From Bispira polyomma (taxonomy: Eukaryota), in contig OZ287752.1 in assembly GCA_965649765.1 (NCBI GenBank), positions 46,500,001 to 46,564,000 on the forward strand: a DNA stretch of 64,000 nucleotides, read 5' to 3'. Under the pieces are notes generated by a model. The model was given only the letters and a program-made list of their open reading frames with translations, did not search any database and was not told the DNA's origin. Below, piece by piece: positions 1 through 10,300 of this stretch (the first letter of the stretch is position 1; each line of letters begins with the position of its first letter). The translations under genes were made by a program, and so were the position numbers.

Positions 1-454
1 CCTATGATGGGTGCATTTGACATACACATATTTACAGTGATTAACACATGCTGTGATAGGCCAGAAATCAATGTCACTTTTATTCCATCAGATAACTAGA
101 TCATGTCCAGTATGTAAGGACCCACATACTTCTACTGTGTTCTTAATTTATTACCATTAATGCCAGTGTGGATCATGTATAATATAATAAAAAATATGGA
201 AAATATGTAAGCATATAATATGAAGAAAGTGTGTTGAAGCCAACTTAGAGAACTGTAATTTTTTTTAATCCTCCAATTTTAATCCATACACAGACGGAAG
301 ATAAGGTTATCGCAACACCAAGAAACAGATGAATGCATCCTCCCAACACTGTAAATTTGAATATTTTTGACAGTTTAATTGAATTAACTACCTCATAAGT
401 AGACCCTCAGATCTAAAGTCTGACACTCTAACTGCTAGGCCACAGAGACCACAT

Positions 455-625
455 AACTGGCCTCTTACCAATGTGGGTTCGAATCTTGTTTGTTTTTTTA
501 TGTGGGAAAGTTTGTCAGGTACTTTCTATAGGTCGGTGGTTCATCATTAGTGTTTTTTTCACCATAAAATCTGGATGTCGTGATATGACTTAAGCTGTTA
601 AAAACCAAATAAATTCAAATTCAAC
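455..625 (+). mobile_element. Degenerate tRNA-derived SINE (Meta-domain-like)
   Basis: B-box GGTTCGAATC at 476-485, then TGTGGGAAAG...GGTCGGTGGTT...GATATGACT and an (AATTCA)n tail. The layout resembles the SINE copies at 28350, 41832 and 45270. Confidence 0.5.
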
Positions 626-2469
626 TCATCAGGATTGAATTTGGCTGTTGTAAGTTGTTAAAAAAATTAGATGTTAAAATTCTCAAGATGCAGCTCTCTT
701 GGGCATAGTTAATTGTTTGTCTGCAGATAATGTACTGATATTGTGTGGAGTTGCTGATGCAAAAAATCCTCTAAAATATAATAATACGGTATACTTGGCT
801 CCCTATATTCAAAAAGGAAGCACATATTTTCATGTCTTTATTGTCATTTATATTTATGCTACATCCTTTAAACAGTACATCAGTTTTATATCATTTCACC
901 CCATCGGGCACAGCACTGTATGTCATGAAACACTAATCTTGATTTAAAAGGTTATAGCTCTCATAATTACTTTACATCTTAGGTTATTGGAACTCCATAC
1001 GATAAGTCGGGTAGTTTTTACATATTTAGTCACTAGATTTACTAACCAGATAAAGAAATGCAGACAGATAGCTAGCCTGGTGGGGAGGTAGTGAGCTAGC
1101 TAGATATTGCATTAAATAGTATTGTATATAAACACTTGTAAATTTTCTAAAGGAGAGCTTTAGCAGATGATTAACTTAGGTTTAAATTTCCTGTTGGATA
1201 AAAGATGAAGTCAAAATCTGCTTCTTACAATTTAAAAACAAATAAATCAAACTGTAACAGACAAATTGTAACATGTTTGTGTAAAAGTGTGTGTTTTACC
1301 AAATTATCAAAACACTTAAATTACTTGTTAAACCGATGTATGCCTAAAATATTTTAAAATCCAAACATTTTACATGTGTTTTTTTCTAAAAGTTAGGAAT
1401 ACTACTCCTGGTACATTTAGGTTGTTTTGTGTTGTGCATATTGCACAACATATTACACTTTAGATTTGTGTTTCAATTTATATTGTGTTTCAAAAGTTAC
1501 AAAATTGTATTGTGTGTAAGGTATTCTGCAATGAAATGTTTAATGTGTTGACTTTATTGGTCAATGTGGCATTAGACGGGCAGTATTGTGTATGGGTTTT
1601 TATACTTCATAACACAGGCATTGACATCTTACATCGTGATTTTACAGGTTACATTTTACAGAGATGATGCAGATCGTCTACACTATGCCTTTACTGATAA
1701 CCAGGTTATAGGAATGTTGGATAATAGAATGACAATAAGTATCACAGAAGCTTTAAAATAGACATCCACAAAAAAAAACTTGTGGCCTGGAACACATTGT
1801 GGTGGCTACATGAGAATAATAAATGTGCAAAAACAGCCACGTTAAACCTTACTTAAATAAGATACAAATATGACCGTGGCTTGGTGTTTTACATTAAGCC
1901 ACAAGTTATGATGTACGTTACCTACACGCACAGGTACTTAAAAAGTATTAAAAACCTTTTTTGTGTTCTATTTTGGCACACTTAAATTAACTGTCACAGT
2001 CTTTAAGATAAAAGTACACATATAAAGATCGGTGGCAATATTAAACTGGCTGAAAGTCCTTGCTTCCTAACGTAAATAATATGAGTACACTATGAGGACA
2101 TGAACACCAGACGAGTCACTAGAAATCATAATGCACTCTATAGATCGGTGTATACTAACATAATGTATGTATCTGTACAGTAATAATGTAAACACTACCA
2201 TCTGGATAACTGCAACACCACGCAATTTGCATGTTATAGCACTATATGAAATAACTAAGTCATCTTATATCAGTCGTGGATAACAGTAGGCTCTAATAGT
2301 TATGTTTACTCAAAAAGTGTGACATATAAAATAATTCAATAACTTGAAAGACTGTTGTATATATGCACTATGTAGTATGTTAAGTACATGTATGGCTCCC
2401 ACAATGCATTCATTGCACTGTGAATTAGATCCATTTAATACCATAGACAGATATTATAATGTATACAAT

Positions 2470-2745
2470 AGAAAATAAATAACATAAATAATATTACAAG
2501 CTAAATAATAATTTAAATAACAGGACTACCAGTAAATTATTATGCAAAATAAAATAATACTCTATTCTCTACTTTCAACCTAATTACTTCTCTAATTCTA
2601 AAATACAGATCTAATAAATAAAAACACAGAAGACATTTGTCAACATAAATATATAAATTAAATAACTTATAACATTCATGACATAAATATATAAATAATC
2701 TGCAAATCTCCCAGCATCCCTCAGGTTGTGTTGGGTGGTTTAAAT
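2470..2745 (-). promoter_or_regulatory. AU-rich element cluster in the 3' UTR of the cytokine-like gene
   Basis: About a dozen TAAAT on + (ATTTA on -) within ~280 nt, just downstream of the stop codon at 2788. Several lie in U-rich context. Confidence 0.55.
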
Positions 2746-2787
2746 GCTTGCTAACTATCACATGTTTGGCAGTAAGGCTGAGAATTG

Positions 2788-3171
2788 CTAGGACCTGTTG
2801 AGGTATGTGGGGGCCTGGTTCTTTAAGTGGTTGAGGTAGCGTGCTGCATGCTCCAGGAAGATATAGTCTCTGTGGAGCTGGGACTGCCTGGTATCTATGT
2901 CACTGGCGGCAGTAACTACCTCGTCACCCACCCTCTCCTGTCTCTGGAAACTGGTCCACAACCCCTTGTTGTGGATCACCCCAGCCACTTCACACAGAAG
3001 GCTCTCGATGTTGTACACCTGGTCGGCATGACCTGCTACAATGTCTTGGAATTCTTCAAAGTAGGACTGGTCACCTTTACCAAAGTTGTTATATTCGTCA
3101 TTTTGTGAAAGTTCCAAAAAATACACAAACTTCACCAATCCATGATAGGTTTCGAAAATAAGTTCTTCTTC
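2788..3171 (-). CDS. Exon 4 (last) of putative IL-6/Unpaired-like four-helix cytokine (helices B-D)
   Basis: Acceptor gttttgtag|GAA, phase 0. Encodes EEELIFETYHGLVKFVYFLELSQNDE...IESLLCEVAGVI...QLHRDYIFLEHAARYLNHLKNQAPTYLNRS*. It extends track ORF 2788..3138, and its GC is higher than the flanks. Confidence 0.85.
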   Translation of the reverse strand, partial: EEELIFETYHGLVKFVYFLELSQNDEYNNFGKGDQSYFEEFQDIVAGHADQVYNIESLLCEVAGVIHNKGLWTSFQRQERVGDEVVTAASDIDTRQSQLHRDYIFLEHAARYLNHLKNQAPTYLNRS

Positions 3172-3860
3172 CTACAAAACAATAAATGGTTCCTTGAGGT
3201 ACTGAGGAAACATAACTGTTAATTGATAGCTTTATTGACTTAATTATGTATATTGTCATTGCCCGAAAAAGTGCTTTTGTAAAAGGTTTTCATGTATAAA
3301 CCCCAGATTCTAGACAGCAGGTTTGTAGACTTTTTGACTCTACACTATATTGGACTGAGGATTTGGTAGGACTTTTTCTGATAGTCTATTTTTTACATGA
3401 GGCCATATTACTTCCAGTTGGGAGCCAGGTATGGCCAAGTTACATTATTTAAAACAATTTCTTTCCAGCAGTGTACTTTTTCTGTACAGCACCCTCTTTG
3501 CAGGTACATTAACTTTCATATATGCTACCACATCGATACAAGTAAATTATAATTATTCAAACATTATAACAATAGTCCAACAGGGCAGACATCTAGCTTA
3601 CTTAAGTGGTTTTTGTACTGTGGATATCATATAAGTTAGTATTTTACGTTTACTACCATTTGTCAAGAAACCTTTGTCTCGGAATGAGTGTTCGAAAATA
3701 CTAAATTCCAACTGCAGTTTTTTTCCTTCATGAATGGTGATACTGATTAAGGCGGCACTTTTGAGTATAATTTTTATTACTTAAATTTTTAATAATACTA
3801 ATGTGTATTAATATTGGAAATAATTACATAAATAAATTATCTCAGCTAAAAAGTAACTAC

Positions 3861-3950
3861 CTTTTCATAGGATTTCATCGCTGGTAGTTGTTCAAACTTG
3901 ATGCTTTCTAACCAGTGTCTGTCTCCATGACTAATTCTGCCACTGGTATG
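3861..3950 (-). CDS. Exon 3 of putative cytokine (A-B loop)
   Basis: ctgtttttag|CAT...AAG|gtagtt, 90 nt, phase 0/0, open frame HTSGRISHGDRHWLESIKFEQLPAMKSYEK. Confidence 0.8.
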
Positions 3951-6114
3951 CTAAAAACAGCAAATAAAATCAAATATAGAATTGATGTGGAGATGTTTTG
4001 CTGACTAAAATACTAAATCTGTGATCAGGTGACTTATGTGAGGTGGTCTTTGCATGCTCAAGAGCCGTTTACTCCCAATCTCAAGAACGTCTGTGAACTG
4101 GAGTAAACGTCTAACATTGGGTCTGAGCTAGACATAAACTGAAAAAATTCTGAAAATGTTTAAAACTTCTGTGGGTGGTCGGCTCTAAAAAGACATCTTA
4201 AAAGAACTGGAGAAAAGGGGTGTGATCGGGGCATAAACACGGCTCAAACTGCTCAAAACTTGTGTGATCTGGACAGGACTGGTGTAATTTGAGATAATCT
4301 GGAGCAAACGTTGCAATGATGTGTGATAAACTGCTTAGATCTGGTCTGGGCATAAACTGGTGAGATCGGGTAAAAAAACTGGGCAGATCCTGGGCTTAAA
4401 CGGGTCATATTCTAGAAATGATCTGGTGAATGATGTGCAAATATGCACTTTCGCCCATTCTCTCACAATTACTCAAGTTCTAATGATCGAAAGTGAACGG
4501 GTATAAACGTGGCTGAGAAAGTGATAGTGTGATCGCCACCTAAGGAAGATGGTTATAAATATTTCAGGCTATTTGTGGTGGAGTCCAATATGGTGTCAAT
4601 CTGATCAGTGTTATTGCAGAGCTTAAACTGGCTCAGTCTGCTATTAAACATAGCACTTACTTATAAACCCTCTTCTCATAGATATTGCTTTTGTGAAGTC
4701 ATCTTGCCTTTTTGTTATTTCTATAAGTAGTCATCACCCGACCGTTACAAACAGCTTAGAGACTTGTGTCTGACAGAAATATTTATAAATGGGATTAAAG
4801 GCAATTGGAGAATTCTGTTAGGCCACTGAGTGTGAACCACAGGGCAACAAACACATAATTTTCCAATAGAGAACATGGATCTTAACCACTGTCAAAATAA
4901 CTTATTATCTCGTGGCAAGCACTAAGACGGAAATGACATGACACGGGCCATGCTTTAATACAATACAAGAGGCTTGGTGATGGCGTGACTTTAAACCATT
5001 TCAACAGTTTGGTAATCAAATCAAATCGCCTTTAGCTAGTGGTATTTACCTTTGTCATTAGATGTATGAGGGATGAGTGGGAAGGGTCTAATTTTCAGAT
5101 TATGGTGTCAATTTCAGTCAATTGACTGTTCCATGTAATTCAATGCTTGTGTTGTTAAGTAGTGGTTAATACCACAGACAAGTGTTTAACTCTATTTATA
5201 CAAGTCAAACGCATACTTAGTTTATAGCATTGACTTGATCTGTTTAGATAGTGATACACACTCCTTTGTAACAATCTGGTGATTTCATAACCACAGTACT
5301 TTCTTGAGGGGGAAGTTTTACATTTGAAAGTCAACAGTTAAAAGACATTCTTGTGGTTCTTTGTCTAATGGATCACTGTCAACACATGCTGATACACGAC
5401 ACGGCTATGTAAGCCGGAAATCATTTCTCTGTCAGATCCCTTTCTATTTCCGCACACATGTTCCCATTTAATTACATCATCCTAAAATCTCTTATCTCGC
5501 TAAAATAGTCACTTTATTACCTTTAAATAACTTACTTTGTCATCAAGGAATTATGAACACTTTTAATAAATCCTTAAACCTGTTTACCATAGTTTTACAA
5601 TTTTTGGAATTTCACAATCGCCAATAAGTATGCTGTGAAAGCAATCTTCTATCAGTTTTATTTTAGCGTCCGGATTCTACCCAACAGCAGGCTCACATAT
5701 TTGTACAGCGAACTGGTCACGTGTTTTTATAGAAATAAACACGGAACAGTTTAAGCAGACACGCACATTAAACATTCTGAGAATGCCAGGACGGAAAACC
5801 CAACCTGCCGGAACTACTTGAACCTGGTTTATTTATGTTTCTTTATGTTAATGTCAACTAATGCGTTAACACGACTACTGGTTACAGCACTAAAGAGTGG
5901 TTGTGTTGTGTGTGCCACTATTTGGTGGCTCTGTTTTTTTGTTGTTTTTTTACCGCTGGTACATTACCTTATACACTCCCATACTTGGATATAATCTGTA
6001 CATCACCTTATACACTCCTATAGTCCCTGTATTTCACCCAGCACTCAGATACTTATAGATAATCTCTGTATATTATGTGACACACTCAGATACTTAGATA
6101 TAGTTTGTATATAT

Positions 6115-6897
6115 ATCGAATCTGGGGAAATTGGCCTCCCCCAATTTTGTGGGGGTGGAAAATGGCCTTCCTGAAGGTTTTTTTTAATAATATTGGAGTA
6201 AGGTGTAATTTAAATTTTATAGAAGATGAACAGTATTTTTTAATTGATTGTACAGTTGATCATAGAGATAGAAAAGTGTTCTTTGATTAGGTTGTTAACA
6301 ATGTGGAAGTAAATATAAAAATAGTAAATTAATATTTTGAGTTCAGAGAAAAAATTTATAAATTTAATGTCACTCAAAGACCAACATATTAAACATTTGC
6401 AACATTTTGGTGTAAATCATAGGAGTATAGGAAATCAAATTTTTAAAGAATTGAAGATATAGAAAGTTTAAGAGTAACCATGGACTTGTAGGAGAGATTT
6501 AGAAATGTGTGCACAGTCAGAGCTACAGGCGAAACAAGTATACAAGAATTTCTACGAGGTATCGGACATTATTTGAGGCTAAATTAAGATGACAAGGTTA
6601 TAACATGTATTATATTGCTTTATATGCTATGTTAACTGATTTATATCTTTGTGTAATAAACTTGACCAGATATTAGGTTATTTAATTATTATGTGATTAA
6701 TGTGTTGTCAATGTAATAAATGTGTTTTGCTTTTTCTCTAGTGTTTAGTCTATTGCAGTTTTCTATTAAAGAAAACTTTAGGGAGGATAATTTTCCACAC
6801 CCACAAATTTGGGGAAGGCCAGTTATCCAGGAGGCTAATTTTCTAGGAGGCCAATTTTCTACGGGGCCAATTTTCGAGGCCAATTTTCTGTACACCA
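6115..6897. mobile_element. Non-autonomous Mutator-like (MULE) foldback element in cytokine intron 2
   Basis: ~45-bp inverted repeats (6124-6171 vs 6782-6828) and tandem GGCCAATTTT subterminal motifs. Internal remnant TGETSIQEFLRGIGHYLRLN* resembles a MULE transposase C-terminus. Confidence 0.5.
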
Positions 6898-7004
6898 TAT
6901 ATACAGCACACAATTCGCTGACATACTTTTATGTAATCTGTACATCACTTTACACACTTAAAAGTATTACAAGTTACATTTGGATTCACCGAACGCATAC
7001 TCAC

Positions 7005-7189
7005 ATAGTCATCCTGTAGTTGCTCTATTTTCTTTCTGATTATGTCACATAGGTCAGTAATTTGTCTTAGTGTGACCTCGTGTGACCTGTCATGTCGTCT
7101 GGTAGGGCATATATCGTAGAGATTTCTAACAGCGCGCCCTTCACACGTGTGTAAGAGCATTGCAAGCATCAAAACCAGGAACAGTTCTC
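7005..7189 (-). CDS. Exon 2 of putative cytokine (signal peptide and helix A)
   Basis: ttgtgttttag|GA...TAT|gtgagt, 185 nt, phase 1/0. Encodes (G)ELFLVLMLAMLLHTCEG-RAVRNLYDICPTRRHDRSHEVTLRQITDLCDIIRKKIEQLQDDY, a hydrophobic signal core followed by an amphipathic helix. Confidence 0.85.
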
Positions 7190-7671
7190 CTAAAACACAA
7201 GTGCTGAGGTGTACTGACTCATTCTGAACAGATTGATAAATGCTAAACTCTCACTTACCGACTTTTTAAATAGAAGGTTGCACAATTGATTTCATCTAAC
7301 AACATCTATTAATAGAGACAAATTTCTAAAGGGGTGGTTAAAAGATTGACAGAAAATGAAAATATCACTTGACAGACAATTGATTTCACAACTAATTTCA
7401 TTGAAAGTTTTCCCATACGTACGTGTCTACAACTGATCTTAGTTCTAAAGTTTTTTATGAAGTGGGACAAATAGATACTACGTTTTTCTGTGTGTAGTTT
7501 ATTTACCTAACTGTATTGACAGGGGATGCACTTTTTGACGTGGATACACGATTTGACTGCCAAAATATGTACCCCTTAATCTTCCTACAGTGCAAATCAT
7601 CTTTGAATTAGATCAATAGTGAGGTGGTAAAATTCTGCCGATGTAATTAGTTGTTTAATGTAGAGCCTTAC

Positions 7672-7687
7672 CTTTGTGATTTGACAT
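7672..7687 (-). CDS. Exon 1 coding part of putative cytokine (MSNHK-G)
   Basis: ATG TCA AAT CAC AAA G|gtaagg. The phase-1 donor fits the exon 2 acceptor. A TATA-like element lies ~40 nt upstream, and there is an alternative in-frame ATG at 7708. Confidence 0.7.
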
Positions 7688-7724
7688 AATCCTTTGTGTG
7701 TAAGACATCACACCACTAACAATT

Positions 7725-8004
7725 AATATATAGGGCATCCCTTTCACCACTATCCTAGAGCAATGTGTCAAGTGTAAAGTTTGCTCTGGCTTTCCCACAC
7801 TTTTATGCAGGCTGATGTGATGATTCAAGTATCCAAAAAAAGAGAAGTGGGGGATTCCCCGTGTTTGGTTTAACCCCCCCCCCCCCCCTTCATATGAGAT
7901 GTTGAAAGGATCTGTTGTACCATTCGTCTATTCCCGGTTTTCACACGATCCCACACAGTCATTTCAGCCAATCAGATCTTACAACTTATACGCAGGGAAA
8001 TTCA
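7725..8004 (-). promoter_or_regulatory. Proximal promoter of cytokine-like gene: TATA box and NF-kappaB-like sites
   Basis: TATATATT (- strand) at 7725-7732. Perfect kappaB GGGGATTCCC at 7850-7859. KappaB-like GGGAAAGCCA (- strand) at 7787-7796 and GGGAAATTCA at 7995-8004. CCAAT at ~7968. Confidence 0.55.
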
Positions 8005-8608
8005 TTCATAAATACTAGTGTATCCTACGGTGACTAGTAAATGATGTCAACACAACTAGTTGTTAAATATGTATATTACACAGTATGGGAATCCTGCTGG
8101 TTTCCTATAAAACGGGACACGACATTTCTGTAACCAGGATCATTTTCTATTTTAAGAACTGTAACAAAGTTGACGACAGATTTGAGTGAAGCTTCCATCC
8201 AACATATATACATCCTTTTAGACTAGGAGGAGTCAATGGGAGCACGCTATATCCCATGATTTCACAATTACACCTACAAGATGTAGATCTGCTGAAGTTT
8301 GAGTTACACTCAGCACAAACACTTATCTATTTTGAACTCAATTGGAAATACAAAATAGACTGTATTTTTTTTATTGCTCTTAAAACGTTATCGAGTCAAT
8401 TAAAATAAAAATTGCTGTAGATGATGACCAATGTATATCAGATAGAAACAAAAATCATTATTGAAGACGGGTAGTGCTCTGGGAATGGGAATGCAGGTGG
8501 GAGAATAATATATGATTTAGATTACTCTCTTGTTATCCTGTCACTGTGAATTTGCTTTGTTTTGTCAGATTGCTCGGCAAAGTTTTACAGTTGGTATATA
8601 CTGCTATA

Positions 8609-10300
8609 GGGCTGTTCTACTATCAAGTCTATAATCAGGAGGGTCCCTGATTTTATGATCCTGGCCAATCCTTGGCATTTCCCCACGATTTTTGAAAAAA
8701 GACGAGTAAATTTGCATATAAAGATTGAAAAGATAAGTCTGGAGGGCCCTAAGGATAAGTATTTGGAAGGAAAAGATTAGTCTGGAGGGCCCTAAGGATA
8801 AGTCTTTGGAAGGAAAAGATTAGTCTGGAGGGCCCTAAGGATAAGTCTTTGGAAGGAAAAGATTAGTCTGGAGGACCCTAAGGATAAGTCTTTGGAAGGA
8901 AAAGATAGGTCTGTTAAACCCACAACGATCTCATAAAGATAAGTCGTCTAGCCTTTCTATTTAAAGTGAAATTTTAATTTTTGTCAGTTTTTGGAAGAGA
9001 TAAGTAGTTGAAAGGAAAAAAATAAGTCTTTTAAACAAAAGATAAGTTGTTGGAAGGAAAAGATAACTCTTAACTTAAAGAGATAAGTCATTACAAGGAA
9101 AATATAACCCTGAAGGGGGTCCGACTGAGCGGCTGTTACACAGTCACTCAGAGGTTATCTAACATGTTTGAAAACCTCTGCGACCTCCCCAATTTGAAAA
9201 TATAAGTCTTTTCAACAAGAGATAAGTCGATAGTGAGGCAAATCGTCCATGATAATGGCCCCCAAACTTATAATCGTTTAGGTCGGGTGTATGATCGGCA
9301 TAGTGGAACAGAGGTATAAAATTTAGAAATATGTTAAAATGTGTGGAGCCTCTTTTAGACAATCTACTCCCTCTATATCCAATATGGATGATTTCGGTCA
9401 TATCTATTTTCCCACCCCCTTTAGCGAGGTTGGCTTTTACAGTTACATCTACGTTTATTTTTTTCACATAAAATTTGCAGTTATAAACAGTAGGATCATA
9501 CTATGTCATTATTGGAACCCATCTTTTCAAACTCGCCTTTCCCTCTTACTTCCCTCCTTGTACACATTATGTACACATTTCTTCTTGTTTTCGGACTTCT
9601 CTTTTGGGTAACTGATTTTGTTGTTGTGTTTTATGCCCCAGTCACGCACTGCAGGTGTTGTAGGTGGTTGGAAAAGGTTATAGAAGTTAACGTACCTTCA
9701 ATTACCTTCCCATCTCTAGTGGATGCTGACTACAACTTTGTGTGGGTGAATGTCAGCACAAGGTCAAAACAGATAAGTGATAAGACGATAGGATGTATAC
9801 ACTTTAGAGGATACACACATTGACCTTTAAGTTTAAAATAGGAATGTATACATGTCAAGTAATAAGATCTCACTAATAAGATGTATAGGCCTTAGAGGAT
9901 ACTGGAAATCTACCGGATAGGACTTGAAGCTTAACCGTGTCTATAACTGCTTGTAATTGCTTCTCGCATCTATCACTGTGCCATTAAATATTCCACCAAC
10001 GGGAATAGAGGGTTAAAAGTAGACACAGACGGTTATAACTATGGTTAATCTGTGGGTAATCCCTGGGAATCCACCGTATTGGAGCACCTCCAACAGCATT
10101 TGACTGCCTCAGACTGAAGCTGAACCGCGTCTAAAACCACCTGTAACCACTTCTCACCATCTATCACTGTGCTATATCGCCATCACATGTTCAACCAACA
10201 ATAATAGAGGGTTAAAATCGATCAGAGCTGTTAATATATATGGGTGATACAGTCTGAGGGGTCAATCAACAGAGAAAGGTGGTTGATTTTGAACTGTCCC
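8609..10300 (+). mobile_element. Deleted PIF/Harbinger element
   Basis: Remnant SITFPSLVDADYNFVWVNV at ~9700-9755 matches the Harbinger DDE motif SIVLLALVDADYKFLWVDVG. Subterminal repeats are GATAAG-rich, like those at 63855-64000. Imperfect termini GGGCTGTTC.../...GAACTGTCCC; boundaries approximate. Confidence 0.5.
8728..8912 (+). repeat. 43-bp tandem repeat x4 (subterminal repeat of the Harbinger element)
   Basis: Unit AAAAGAT(A/T)AGTCTGGAGGGCCCTAAGGATAAGTCTTTGGAAGG starts at 8728, 8771, 8814, 8857 and 8900 (partial). No spacers. Confidence 0.9.

Noticed and set aside
1-2400. Search for FUOM exon 1 or further exons (short ORFs at 699 and 1485, acceptor-like site at ~1661)
   Set aside because: No MGHGDE-type coding sequence and no recognisable protein; the ORFs have low-complexity AT-rich composition.
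2827-3108. 93-aa + strand ORF
   Set aside because: Antisense shadow of cytokine exon 4, with no splice or start context of its own.
7259-7305. Alternative first exon ending at CG|gtaagt (- strand)
   Set aside because: Its open ATG frame ends in phase 2 and the phase-1 frame has a TAA, so it cannot join exon 2 in frame. The 7672-7687 exon fits.
8728-8912. 43-bp repeats as a CRISPR array
   Set aside because: Head-to-tail units with no unique spacers, eukaryotic context and no cas genes.
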